Shown here in pieces: positions 44,705 through 54,518 of a DNA stretch of 64,000 nucleotides. A program made the position numbers and the translations under genes. Each line of letters starts with the position of its first letter. Within the stretch, counting starts at the first letter, position 1. The notes beneath the pieces are model-generated. The model was not told the origin of the DNA, did not search any database, and saw only the letters and a list, made by a program, of their open reading frames with translations. Where the stretch lies: assembly GCA_017514765.1 (NCBI GenBank), contig JAFWIU010000012.1:313-64312 (forward strand), read 5' to 3'. The DNA is from Candidatus Saccharimonadota bacterium. GTDB taxonomy: Bacteria; Patescibacteriota; Saccharimonadia; Saccharimonadales; Saccharimonadaceae.

Positions 44705-47700
44705 ATGGTAAAAAGGTTTTTGACACTAGCGACTGTTGCACTATCTGCTGTGATGATATATGGAGTGGCAAATGCTTTTGTGATACCAGAAAACCTTCTG
44801 AAAGAGTATTCGGCTAATGATATTTATTTCATAGATCCGTGCGCGAGTGGCGCGAATAGCAATCGTGGTAATGGCTGTGTGGGGACTTTGCCAGGCAGTA
44901 ATAATGCGGAGCTGACCTGGAATGCGATTGTGGAGGCAAATGTGGACGGTGTGTCGAATAACCCAGCGGCGATTGCGGGGATAATGGGGAATTTGATGCA
45001 GGAGACGGGGTTTGATCCGTTTGAGCAAAAGGGAAAATATTATGGTATTCATATGACTCCGGATCAGGAGTTTATTGATGTAATAAATAATGCAGGACTT
45101 GGTCAATATTGGGGACGTGGTAATGAAGCGCCAAAAGAGGCTGTGAAGCAGGCGATAGAGTTGGAAATCAATTGGATTATGAAGACGAACGAGAGGTTTT
45201 TGGGTGTAGGAACATGGGAAGGCAGAGGCTTTATGAGCTTTGTGAATGATGTGTCAGAGAATACGCCGGAGGCTTATTCTGATTTATTTCTGACGGCTGT
45301 AGAAGATGCTGATTGGCCTAGCTCACAGAGTCAATGGAAGGGTAATAATATAATAGAGGAACCAGCGGCGAAGGAGGTGGGTAGGAGGGTTCGTGGTGAA
45401 GAAATGTATTATCAGGAAGCAGAAGTGAGGCGTGATTACGCGAGGGAGTTTTATGAAAAGTATGGTTCGTCTGGCGTGTGTAATCTAGGGGGAGCGTTTA
45501 ATGGAACTGAAGTGACGTGGCAAGATTTGGCGCCCTTGGGTACTAATGATAGGTTGAAGCTGTTGGTGGAGCGTTATGGCGAGTACGCAATGCAATTACA
45601 GAAGTATTATGGGATACCGTGGGAATTGCCGTTTGCGGTGATGGTGTTTGAGTCGGAGGTGGGTACTAATACCAATAGTGTTTCGTATTTAGTGCAACAA
45701 GCTGGTTATTATAATATGATGGGGCTAACGTACCCGGTGCCGGGGGAACATGAGGAATATGTAGTGGATAGATATCGGGTGACAAATGCGGGTGACAATG
45801 GGTGCTTTAGAAACGAAAAGTATAAGCAATGTCACGTAGCATATGAATCGATATCTAAGATGTTGCTAGGGTATACGATTTATCATGGTCGGAGCGGCTA
45901 CGAGGGGGATGCGTCATATGATGGTGGATTAAAGTTGCTTTCGCCAAGTAATTACAATTTAAATGACGCAATAAAGAAACTAATGCATTCTTATTGTGGT
46001 ACTACTACATCTTCGACTTACTGTGGTGATGGAACTGGTATTACTGATGTTATTAGGGGAGGGACATCAAGGCTGGCAAAAGACTATAGCGGGTTAATGG
46101 ATGTGGTAAAAGAAAAGGGATGGATGAACTCGGAAGAGTTAGCGAAGGCTTGGAATATCCAACCGGGTGGGATAGCGACGCAGCAGTGGGGATGGGGTGA
46201 TATTAGGGAACAAATTTGGAATGCTTATGGTGAAGCAGGATTACCTGGTAATGCATCAGCTACAACTGGAGCGACTTCGATTACTGGTGGAACTGCAAGC
46301 ACTGGAACTATGAGTGGCTCACTAGTGGGAAATGCGGTACTGCATAAGCCGCAAAATGAGTGGTTGGAAAACGCTGGTTTGGAAGGATATATTAAGGATC
46401 CGGTAACACCGGGGGGAGCTAACGGTATAAGAGTTGATTCGAGCGCTTCAGATGGTTCGAATTATACGGAATTTGCAAGTGATGCAGGAGCTGGATCGGG
46501 ATTACCAGGATTTATAGTGTTACATTTAACGGAGGCGGATAACTTTGATAAGAGGTCTTGGCAGAACTTTAAAGGTGATGGTGTATATGTGCCGCCACAT
46601 TTTACAATTGATGTGAAAAAACGAGAGGTTTTCCAGCATTTTCCGTTATCTCATCCATCGGCGGCGGTGAAGAGGCGTAATGGTATGGTACCGGATAAGT
46701 ATGGTATTCAAATCGAAATTGTGGGTCATGGTGGCGACGATAGAGGAGACAATCTTGAAACATGTATACATGGTGCTTGCAGTGATGAATATAACTTTAG
46801 AAACTTCACGGAGGAGGACTACGAATATCTCGCTAAGCTACTAATTGCGATTAGTAATGAGACTGGGATTCCTTTGACTAGCTCGGTTCAGTGGGCGAAG
46901 ACGGCGGAGGAAGCGCCGAGTTTAATAATAAAAGATGACGAAGAATTAAAAAAGTATATTGGTGTGCTTGGTCATACACATGTGAACGGGAAATGGGACC
47001 CACTGAATCTATGGGAATACCTTGAGCCGGTATTAGCAAAAATGGGCTATAGTTATAATACGAGTGCGTATAGTAATTCGGTTAATTGTGGGAATAGTGG
47101 TCTAGGTGCTACTTTGTTACGTGGACATTGTTTTGATATCCCGAGTGGTGATGGTGGATGTACTGAAGATGGATTTACATGGTTTGGACAAGGCGGCGAC
47201 TCGTGGAGTACAAAACAGTACGGTAAGAAATGCGGTGGTTCTACTATGAGATCGTCTGGATGTGGTCCATCGGCGATGGCGATGGTGGTTACAGCGTTGA
47301 CTGGTCAATTAGTGAAACCGGATGAGATGGCTGAAAAAGCGGATGAAGTAGGCGCAAGAATATGTGGTAGCGGTACTGACGTTGTAACAATGACAACAAA
47401 AATAGCTCCTATGTATGGATTGCAAGCACAGTGTGTTCCGTCTTCTCAAGTAACTGTTGATAATGTAAACAAATGGTTTGATGAGGGTAAAATGGCTGTT
47501 TTCTCTGTTGGTAATGAGTACTCTACTGAGTTTGGTCCGATGGGATCTGCTAACGGTCATGTAGTAGCCTTACGTGGAAGGGCAAGTGATGGTAAATGGT
47601 ATACTTTTGATAGTTCGCGCCGAGATGTGCCAAAGAATGACAGACATTATAAGCCCGAGGAGGTAGTGAAGGCGTTCCAAGCGCATGGAAGGGACAATTT

Positions 47701-47719
47701 CTGTCTAGTGTATAAGTAG
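44705..47719 (+). CDS. Secreted multi-domain cell-wall hydrolase (lysozyme-like, glucosaminidase-like, amidase_2-like, C39-like peptidase)
   Basis: Signal; AGIMGNLMQETG; IPWELPFAVMVFES...YNMMGL; IVLHLTE...HFTID...IQIEIVG...GHTHV...DP; SGCGPSAMAMVVT...GHVVAL...DS. Confidence 0.75.
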   Translation: MVKRFLTLATVALSAVMIYGVANAFVIPENLLKEYSANDIYFIDPCASGANSNRGNGCVGTLPGSNNAELTWNAIVEANVDGVSNNPAAIAGIMGNLMQETGFDPFEQKGKYYGIHMTPDQEFIDVINNAGLGQYWGRGNEAPKEAVKQAIELEINWIMKTNERFLGVGTWEGRGFMSFVNDVSENTPEAYSDLFLTAVEDADWPSSQSQWKGNNIIEEPAAKEVGRRVRGEEMYYQEAEVRRDYAREFYEKYGSSGVCNLGGAFNGTEVTWQDLAPLGTNDRLKLLVERYGEYAMQLQKYYGIPWELPFAVMVFESEVGTNTNSVSYLVQQAGYYNMMGLTYPVPGEHEEYVVDRYRVTNAGDNGCFRNEKYKQCHVAYESISKMLLGYTIYHGRSGYEGDASYDGGLKLLSPSNYNLNDAIKKLMHSYCGTTTSSTYCGDGTGITDVIRGGTSRLAKDYSGLMDVVKEKGWMNSEELAKAWNIQPGGIATQQWGWGDIREQIWNAYGEAGLPGNASATTGATSITGGTASTGTMSGSLVGNAVLHKPQNEWLENAGLEGYIKDPVTPGGANGIRVDSSASDGSNYTEFASDAGAGSGLPGFIVLHLTEADNFDKRSWQNFKGDGVYVPPHFTIDVKKREVFQHFPLSHPSAAVKRRNGMVPDKYGIQIEIVGHGGDDRGDNLETCIHGACSDEYNFRNFTEEDYEYLAKLLIAISNETGIPLTSSVQWAKTAEEAPSLIIKDDEELKKYIGVLGHTHVNGKWDPLNLWEYLEPVLAKMGYSYNTSAYSNSVNCGNSGLGATLLRGHCFDIPSGDGGCTEDGFTWFGQGGDSWSTKQYGKKCGGSTMRSSGCGPSAMAMVVTALTGQLVKPDEMAEKADEVGARICGSGTDVVTMTTKIAPMYGLQAQCVPSSQVTVDNVNKWFDEGKMAVFSVGNEYSTEFGPMGSANGHVVALRGRASDGKWYTFDSSRRDVPKNDRHYKPEEVVKAFQAHGRDNFCLVYK

Positions 47720-47731
47720 GAGGAATGTGAT

Positions 47732-48322
47732 ATGAACAAGAAAACAGAGAAAAAACTAAAAGAGTTTGGTGAGTGGTTGGTGTCGCCACTTGGCACGATT
47801 GTGGCGGTAGTGATATTGATAGCAATAATACTGGTAGTGGTATCAGTTAATCTGGTACGTAAGACAATAATAGATGGCGAAGCGGAATGGCTGTATGAAG
47901 AATATGATCCAGCTTCGGATACCATAATGAAGGTCATGGCACCAACCAATGATGAGTCGGATGGACCAGATTATGTAGGATTTAATGTGTTGTTTGACAA
48001 TGGTGTAACGAGTGCACAATTTGCCTTATTTGAAGATGCGGTAAGCGGGTATGCAGCGAGTAAGGAAATGGAATTAACTCGAGTAAGTTATCTGAAGGAC
48101 AGCTATAGTTTGGCTGCGTCGTATGTGTTTGATTTTAAGGTCGTGCTTAATAAAGATCAAGAGACGCTGAAAGTACGAATAGATAGTTCGGCGGGGTGGA
48201 AGGATGTGATGGGTGCAAAAGTGGAACTTTGGAATGAAAATGGGGATTTGGTGTTTGAGCTAAGTGTGGATGATAGTAATATTTGCAACTATTTTAGCGA
48301 TGCTGAATGTGGGGATAACTAG
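47732..48322 (+). CDS. Hypothetical single-pass membrane protein, co-oriented with the hydrolase
   Basis: One N-terminal TM, acidic soluble domain; 12 nt after hydrolase stop with AGGAGG SD. Confidence 0.7.
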   Translation: MNKKTEKKLKEFGEWLVSPLGTIVAVVILIAIILVVVSVNLVRKTIIDGEAEWLYEEYDPASDTIMKVMAPTNDESDGPDYVGFNVLFDNGVTSAQFALFEDAVSGYAASKEMELTRVSYLKDSYSLAASYVFDFKVVLNKDQETLKVRIDSSAGWKDVMGAKVELWNENGDLVFELSVDDSNICNYFSDAECGDN

Positions 48323-48336
48323 GTTTATTTGAATTA

Positions 48337-48371
48337 AAACGCTTGCGCTTAAAAACAACTTAATATATAAT
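48337..48371 (+). promoter_or_regulatory. Promoter of agmatine deiminase operon with AAAACGCTTGCGCTTA motif
   Basis: TTGCGC (48343-48348), 17 nt, TATAAT (48366-48371); the same 16-mer occurs at 52012-52027. Confidence 0.7.
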
Positions 48372-48378
48372 GTGGGTT

Positions 48379-49413
48379 ATGGATAGGTATACTTTGCGGC
48401 ATAAAGAGCCGACAAAAAAAGATTTTATTGACACGGCGGATTTTGATCAGTCGGAAATAGTTGATATTATTAGAACTTCTCGTATAGTGAGAGAATATAT
48501 TAAAGCGGGTGGGTATTTGAATACTTTGTATCATAAGACGCTAGCGATGATTTTTGAGCAAAAATCGACCAGAACTAGAGTATCGTTTGAAACGGCGATG
48601 GTGCAGTTGGGCGGTCATGCTTTGAATTTGGCACCGGGTGCAATTCAGCTTGGTGCGCATGAGACGATTGAAGACACAGCAGTGGTGCTAGGCCGGATGT
48701 GCGATATGATTATGTCGCGTGTAGATAGACATGAGTCGATTGAGGCGCTCGCCAAATATGCTCAGGTTCCGGTGATAAATGGCATGAGTGACAAAGTCCA
48801 TCCAACGCAGGGAGTTGGTGATATGATTACAGTGTTTGACCATTGGCCGGCAGGAAAGAAACCAAATGAGATAAAATTTGTATTCGTGGGCGATGCAACA
48901 CAAGTATGTAATACTTTGTGTGATATTACGACGAAGCTCGGATTTAATTTTGTGCATTATGGGCCAGAGAATCATAAGCTTGCGGATGAGTGGCTAGAAA
49001 TTGGTCGTAAAAATGCGGAAAAATATGGTGGTTCGGCGGTGTGGTCGGAAGATCCGGAAGTTCTGAAAGGTGCTGATTTCATTTATACGGATGTATGGTA
49101 TGGTCTTTATGATAAAGAAACGCCTAAAGAAGAGTACATGAAGGATTTTTATCCAAAATACCAAGTAAATGACGAGATGATGCAGGCGACTGAGAATCCG
49201 AATTGTAAGTTCATGCATTGTTTGCCAGCAAATCGAAACGAAGAAGTAACGGATTCGGTGTTAGACGGACCGAATTCGGCAGCTTGGGATGAGGCAGAAA
49301 ACCGTCTGACGGCTCAGCGTGGGCTGGTATTATATTTCGGTCGAGTGGCGCAGGAAGCGCTCGATGAAATTAAATTACAAAAGGAGGCGAAAGATGCCAA
49401 AAAAGAAATATAA
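48379..49413 (+). CDS. ptcA: Putrescine carbamoyltransferase
   Basis: STRTRVSFE, HPTQ, YTDVWYGLY, MHCLPA, DEAENRL; sits first in an aguB-aguD-aguA arrangement; start reassigned to ATG 48379. Confidence 0.85.
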   Translation: MDRYTLRHKEPTKKDFIDTADFDQSEIVDIIRTSRIVREYIKAGGYLNTLYHKTLAMIFEQKSTRTRVSFETAMVQLGGHALNLAPGAIQLGAHETIEDTAVVLGRMCDMIMSRVDRHESIEALAKYAQVPVINGMSDKVHPTQGVGDMITVFDHWPAGKKPNEIKFVFVGDATQVCNTLCDITTKLGFNFVHYGPENHKLADEWLEIGRKNAEKYGGSAVWSEDPEVLKGADFIYTDVWYGLYDKETPKEEYMKDFYPKYQVNDEMMQATENPNCKFMHCLPANRNEEVTDSVLDGPNSAAWDEAENRLTAQRGLVLYFGRVAQEALDEIKLQKEAKDAKKEI

Positions 49414-50842
49414 GTTCAGGCTGTTTTCGGCAGTGCTTGCAACAGTCTGTATAATCTTGGTGGGAGATGCCGTAGCACCTACTGCAGCCATCGGTAATTC
49501 GATGTATGTGTGGTGGGCGATTATGCTGATTGGTTTCTTCGTACCATATGCGCTGATTAGCGCAGAACTCGGTACACAGTATCCATCGGAAGGTGGGATG
49601 TATACTTGGATTAAGAAAGCCTTTGGTAAGAAGTGGGCTTCGAGAGTTGCTTGGTTCTACTGGGTGAATTATCCGCTGTGGATTGCGTCTCTGGCCGATC
49701 TTATTACTACATTGATTATGCAGATGTTTGGCATCGAGATGGAAATCTGGATAGTACTTGCGATTCAGGTTGCCTATATTGCGCTCGTGACGATTCTGGG
49801 GATGTTGCGCATCTCGCAGTCTGACTGGGTATCGAACATTGGTGCGATCATCAAGATTATGATTCTTGCCACAATTGGTTTTCTTGGGTTTTATGTGTTG
49901 TTTACAAAAGGTACAGCAAATCCGGTTGAATCATGGCATGACTTGGTGCCTCTAGCATCAGCAGATGGGGGAATAGACTGGGCAGGTTTGTCATTTGTAT
50001 CGCTGATTATCTTTAACATGCTTGGGTTTGAAGTGGTTGGTACGTTCTATGATGACATGGATAAACCAAAAACGCAGATTCCAAAAGCGATTATTCTCGG
50101 TGGGATTTTGATTGCGATTTTCTACATTTTGCCATCGTTTGGTATGGGCGTAGGAACATCGTTTGAAGAAATCCAAACCAACACCGGGTTGCTTGATTCG
50201 TATAATGTGTTGATGTTGAACGCTGGGTTTACAGAGGCGGCGATTCAGGCAGTGACGATTGTGGTAGGTGGTTTGTTTATACTTACTTTGATTTCGAACG
50301 TTTCGTCGTGGAACTTCGGGGTGTATTCAGTGATTGCGTGTGCAGCGGAAGATGGGATGTTCCCGAAGTCTTGGAAGAAGCGCAACAAAGATGGTGTGCC
50401 GTATATGGTAGGTATCTGGACTGGTATTGTTGCAGCAGTTTTGGCTGTGGCGGGTATCATTCTGGCTTATTGTTTCCCAGAATGGGAAGATGGCGCAAAT
50501 ATGTTCTGGGCATTCTTCGATGTATCACTAGTTTGTTTATTGTTATCATATATTCCGATGTTTGCAGCGTTTATTAAACTGCACAAAAAAGGCCCACAGG
50601 TCAAGAATGGCTACTGGCTAAAGGTGGGACCGGTGATGAGATGGTTGATGGGTGTAATACCATTAATACTACTCGGTATATCACTGCTCTTTACTTTGGT
50701 GCCAGAATTTTCGTGGGAAGCAATTCAGGACAATGCTACACTACTAATCTCTTCGGGTATCTGTGTCGTGATTGGTGAAATTATGGTATTTAATATGGCT
50801 CAAAAAGATAAAAGGAAGAAATTAGCACGGAGTAGAAGATAA
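49394..50842 (+). CDS. aguD: Agmatine/putrescine antiporter (APC family)
   Basis: About 12 TMs, AELGTQYPSEGGMYTW, GFEVV; between ptcA and aguA; start at MPKKKY after AAGGAGG. Confidence 0.8.
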   Translation: MPKKKYKFRLFSAVLATVCIILVGDAVAPTAAIGNSMYVWWAIMLIGFFVPYALISAELGTQYPSEGGMYTWIKKAFGKKWASRVAWFYWVNYPLWIASLADLITTLIMQMFGIEMEIWIVLAIQVAYIALVTILGMLRISQSDWVSNIGAIIKIMILATIGFLGFYVLFTKGTANPVESWHDLVPLASADGGIDWAGLSFVSLIIFNMLGFEVVGTFYDDMDKPKTQIPKAIILGGILIAIFYILPSFGMGVGTSFEEIQTNTGLLDSYNVLMLNAGFTEAAIQAVTIVVGGLFILTLISNVSSWNFGVYSVIACAAEDGMFPKSWKKRNKDGVPYMVGIWTGIVAAVLAVAGIILAYCFPEWEDGANMFWAFFDVSLVCLLLSYIPMFAAFIKLHKKGPQVKNGYWLKVGPVMRWLMGVIPLILLGISLLFTLVPEFSWEAIQDNATLLISSGICVVIGEIMVFNMAQKDKRKKLARSRR

Positions 50843-50845
50843 TTT

Positions 50846-50878
50846 AAAAAAATATCTCCTTTCGGGGAGATATTTTTT
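50846..50878 (+). terminator. Hairpin between aguD and aguA
   Basis: AAAAAATATCTCCT-TTCG-GGGAGATATTTTTT. Confidence 0.65.
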
Positions 50879-50910
50879 GTGCTATTATGGTATCTAAGGA
50901 GGTAATATTT

Positions 50911-52005
50911 ATGAGACTTAATTCAACACCGAAACAAGATGGGTTTTATATGCCATCGGAGCTTGCGGAGCACAAATGCACGTATTTATTGTGGCCAGAG
51001 CGACCAGATAATTGGCGAGGGGGAGCGAAGCCGGCGCAGAAAGCATTTCGAGAAGTAGTGGAAAAAATTGCTAAACATGAGCCGGTGGTACTAGGTGTAA
51101 ATCAATCGCAATATTCGCATGTACTCGGCATGAATATGGAAAATGTTTCGGTAGTGGAGATTTCGAATAATGATTCGTGGATTCGGGATACGGGTGCTAC
51201 GATGGTAGTGAATAATAATGGCGAAATGCGTGCGGTAGACTGGGGATTTAATGGTTATGGTGGATTAGTAAATGGGATTTATTTTCCGTGGGATCTGGAT
51301 GATATGATAGCCAGTAAAATGGCGGCAATTGAAAGGGTGGATAGGTATCGGACGGATGATTTTGTGCTTGAAGGCGGTTCGGTACATACGGATGGCGAAG
51401 GGACATTGCTAGTGACAGAAGAGACTTTACTAGATGAAGGGCGTAATCCTGGTAAAAGTAAAGAAGAGATTGAACGGTATTTATTAGACTATTGTGGTGC
51501 AGAGAAAGTTTTGTGGGTACCTTATGGTGTGTATAAAGATGAAGACACTAATGGACATGTAGATAATATTTGCCAGTTTGTGGCACCTGGTAAAGTAGTG
51601 CTAGCGTGGGAAGATAACCCAGAAGATCCACAACATGAGCGTTCGGCGAAGGATTTGGAGTATCTTGAAAGTGTAACTGATGCGCGTGGTCGAAAGCTTG
51701 AAATTATCAAAATCCATGTACCGAATGTAATTACGATTACAAAAGAAGAATCAGAAGGTGTAGATGTAGTGGAGGGGACGTTCCCACGTAACGAAGGTGA
51801 TAGATTGCCAGCATCATATATTAATTACTATAATTGTAACGGTGCAGTTATTTTGCCAGTATTTAATGATCCGCACGATGAGGAAGCAGTGCGAGTATTG
51901 CAGGAGTGTTTCCCAGATAAGGTGATTGAAACTGTATATGCGCGTGAGATATTGTTAGGGGGTGGAAATATCCATTGTATTACACAGCAAGTACCGAAGG
52001 TCTAA
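50911..52005 (+). CDS. aguA: Agmatine deiminase
   Basis: WPERPDNWR, WIRDTG, LEGGS, DTNGHVDN, ASYINYY, GGNIHCITQQ; start ATG 50911 after AAGGAGG. Confidence 0.95.
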   Translation: MRLNSTPKQDGFYMPSELAEHKCTYLLWPERPDNWRGGAKPAQKAFREVVEKIAKHEPVVLGVNQSQYSHVLGMNMENVSVVEISNNDSWIRDTGATMVVNNNGEMRAVDWGFNGYGGLVNGIYFPWDLDDMIASKMAAIERVDRYRTDDFVLEGGSVHTDGEGTLLVTEETLLDEGRNPGKSKEEIERYLLDYCGAEKVLWVPYGVYKDEDTNGHVDNICQFVAPGKVVLAWEDNPEDPQHERSAKDLEYLESVTDARGRKLEIIKIHVPNVITITKEESEGVDVVEGTFPRNEGDRLPASYINYYNCNGAVILPVFNDPHDEEAVRVLQECFPDKVIETVYAREILLGGGNIHCITQQVPKV

Positions 52006-52011
52006 TAATAC

Positions 52012-52047
52012 AAAACGCTTGCGCTTAGAATAAACATCATATATAAT
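52012..52047 (+). promoter_or_regulatory. Promoter of arginine deiminase operon with the same AAAACGCTTGCGCTTA motif
   Basis: TTGCGC (52019-52024), 17 nt, TATAAT (52042-52047). Confidence 0.7.
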
Positions 52048-52069
52048 GGGTAATATAAACAAGGGCATC

Positions 52070-53074
52070 ATGATGGATTTCTATGGAAAAGATTTTTTGA
52101 GAATACTCGACTTTAGTGAGAACGAGCTTCACTATATGTTGGCTATGTCGAAAAAATTTAAAGAAATGAAACGAGAAAAGGTAAATCATAAGTATTTCCC
52201 AGATAAGAATATTGCGATTTTATTTGAGAAGACTTCGACGCGAACAAGATGTAGCTTTGAAGTGGCGGGATATGATCTTGGTATGGGGGTAACTTTCCTT
52301 GATCCATCGGGTTCACAGATGGGGCACAAGGAATCGATTGCGGATACGGCTAGAGTGCTCGCCAAGATATATGACGGGATTGAGTACCGGGGATTTGATC
52401 AGAAGGTGGTGGATGATTTAGCGAAATACGCTGATGTGCCAGTATGGAATGGTTTGACTGATGAGTGTCACCCGACGCAAGCTTTGGCGGATTTCATGAC
52501 TATGGAAGAGCATTTTGGACATTTGAAGGGATTGACGCTTGCGTTTGTGGGTGACACGAGAAACAATGTGGGTAATTCTTTGATGGCGATGAGTGCTAAG
52601 ATGGGCGTGAATTATATTGCCTGTGGTCCGGACAGTTTGAAGCCGTCGGATGAGATGGTAAAGAAATGTCAACCAATTGCCGAAAAGAACGGCTCTACTA
52701 TTACGATAACAAGCAATATTAATGATTTGGCTGGAAAAGCAGACGTATTATATACGGATGTATGGTTATCACTTGGTGAGGATGCGGCAAAATGGGGTGA
52801 AAGGATTAAATTATTGGAGCCGTATCGGGTAACAATGAAGATGATGGATTTAGCAAAGCCGACTTCGGTGTTTTTGCATTGTTTGCCGTCATTTCATGAT
52901 TTGAATACTTCGATTGCGCGTGATGTACATGAGAAATTTGGTTTGACAGAAATGGAAGTAGCAAATGAGGTGTTTGAGTCTAATCGTTCGTTGGTGTTTG
53001 AAGAAGCGGAAAACCGTATGCATACAATTAAAGCAATCATGTTCTTAACACTATATAATAAGGAGGCAAAATAA
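52070..53074 (+). CDS. arcB: Catabolic ornithine carbamoyltransferase
   Basis: STRTRCSFE, GIEYRG, HPTQALAD, YTDVW, HCLP, EAENRMHTIKA; track start 52046 overlaps the -10 box. Confidence 0.93.
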   Translation: MMDFYGKDFLRILDFSENELHYMLAMSKKFKEMKREKVNHKYFPDKNIAILFEKTSTRTRCSFEVAGYDLGMGVTFLDPSGSQMGHKESIADTARVLAKIYDGIEYRGFDQKVVDDLAKYADVPVWNGLTDECHPTQALADFMTMEEHFGHLKGLTLAFVGDTRNNVGNSLMAMSAKMGVNYIACGPDSLKPSDEMVKKCQPIAEKNGSTITITSNINDLAGKADVLYTDVWLSLGEDAAKWGERIKLLEPYRVTMKMMDLAKPTSVFLHCLPSFHDLNTSIARDVHEKFGLTEMEVANEVFESNRSLVFEEAENRMHTIKAIMFLTLYNKEAK

Positions 53075-54303
53075 TGAAGAATATCATTTCGAATTTTAGC
53101 GAGATAGCGCCACTTAAAAAGGTGTTAATGCATCGGCCTGGGGATGAGTTTTTGAATTTGACTCCGAATACGCTTGATAGATTGTTGTTTGATGATATTC
53201 CGTATCTCAAGAAGGCTCAGGAAGAGCATGATGCTTTCGCGAATGCTTTGAGGTCTGAGGGGGTGGAAGTGGTTTACTTGGTAGATTTAGTGGCGGAAGC
53301 GATTGAGGCTGGCGGTAGAACGGTGCGAAGGAAATTCTTGGAACAATTTATTGCAGAAGCTGGTGTGACTTCGCCTAAAGTAGTGAAGCATTGTTATGAT
53401 TACCTGAATGGGTTTAAAGACACGAAGGATATGGTGCGAAAATGTATTGCGGGTATTGATATTTCGGAATTGAAGAAGTTAGGCAGCGTGTCAGGGTTTT
53501 ATGCAACGCGTGATACGGGAAGAATGATTATTGATCCAATTCCAAATATTTTGTTCCAACGTGACCCAATGGCAACCGTAGGACATGGTGCGACGCTACA
53601 TCGAATGTGGTCAGTGACTAGGACACGGGAATCGATTTTTATGGAATACGTCTATCAATATCATCCATTCTATGATGATGTGAAATTGTATTATGATAGA
53701 AGTGAACCTTATTGCGTTGAAGGTGGGGATATTGAAGTATTGTCGTCGGAGGTGGTTGCGATTGGGATTTCGCAGCGAACTGAACCTGATGCGATTGCGA
53801 GTTTTGCGAAACGGTTATTCAAGGATAAAACAAATAACTTTAAATATGTTTTAGCGATTGATATTCCGGACGAAAGAAGCTTTATGCATTTGGATACAGT
53901 GATGACGCAGGTTGACGTAGATAAGTTTGCGGTGCAAGATGCGATTATGGATATATCGACTATTTACGAGATAACACCAGGACGTGGTGGTGAGGTTGAA
54001 ATAGTGGAAGTGCATCAAGGATTGCAGAAAGTACTTGAAAAATATCTGCATCTCAACAAGGTTGAACTAATTAAGTGTGGCAATGGTAGGAGAATCGATG
54101 CAGAACGTGAACAATGGAGTGACGGTGTGAATTTGATTTGTATTAGGCCAGGTGTGGCGATTGCATATGATCGTAATTTCGTGACAAATCAGGCTTTGAA
54201 GAAGCATGGGATGAAGATTATTGAGATTCCAAGTTCCGAACTTTCGCGCGGGCGAGGTGGCTCGCACTGTATGACGATGGCGCTCGTTAGAGAGGAGGCT
54301 TGA
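53074..54303 (+). CDS. arcA: Arginine deiminase
   Basis: SEIAPLKKVLMHRPG, LLFDDIP, FQRDP, EGGD, MHLDTV, EQWSDG, SELSRGRGGSHCMT. Confidence 0.96.
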   Translation: MKNIISNFSEIAPLKKVLMHRPGDEFLNLTPNTLDRLLFDDIPYLKKAQEEHDAFANALRSEGVEVVYLVDLVAEAIEAGGRTVRRKFLEQFIAEAGVTSPKVVKHCYDYLNGFKDTKDMVRKCIAGIDISELKKLGSVSGFYATRDTGRMIIDPIPNILFQRDPMATVGHGATLHRMWSVTRTRESIFMEYVYQYHPFYDDVKLYYDRSEPYCVEGGDIEVLSSEVVAIGISQRTEPDAIASFAKRLFKDKTNNFKYVLAIDIPDERSFMHLDTVMTQVDVDKFAVQDAIMDISTIYEITPGRGGEVEIVEVHQGLQKVLEKYLHLNKVELIKCGNGRRIDAEREQWSDGVNLICIRPGVAIAYDRNFVTNQALKKHGMKIIEIPSSELSRGRGGSHCMTMALVREEA

Positions 54304-54373
54304 GTTCGGGAGGTAAATAGTAGTAACGTTGAGAAAATCTAAAACAATACAAAACATACAAAAAGGAAAAACT

Positions 54374-54517
54374 ATGAAAATAAATATTAAAACCAGAAGG
54401 ACAATTAACGTACATGAGGTGAAGACGATTGCATTTAGGGATATTAAGACAATTAATTTGATGCAGATTAATAGACAGGCTGTGATGGGGGAAAATATTA
54501 ACGTAAAAAGGATCTAA
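54374..54517 (+). CDS. Possible 47-aa peptide with 8-residue periodicity
   Basis: AAGGAAAA upstream of ATG; units RTINVHEV/KTIAFRDI/KTINLMQI; stops 1 nt before the transporter ATG. Confidence 0.35.
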   Translation: MKINIKTRRTINVHEVKTIAFRDIKTINLMQINRQAVMGENINVKRI

Positions 54518-54518
54518 A

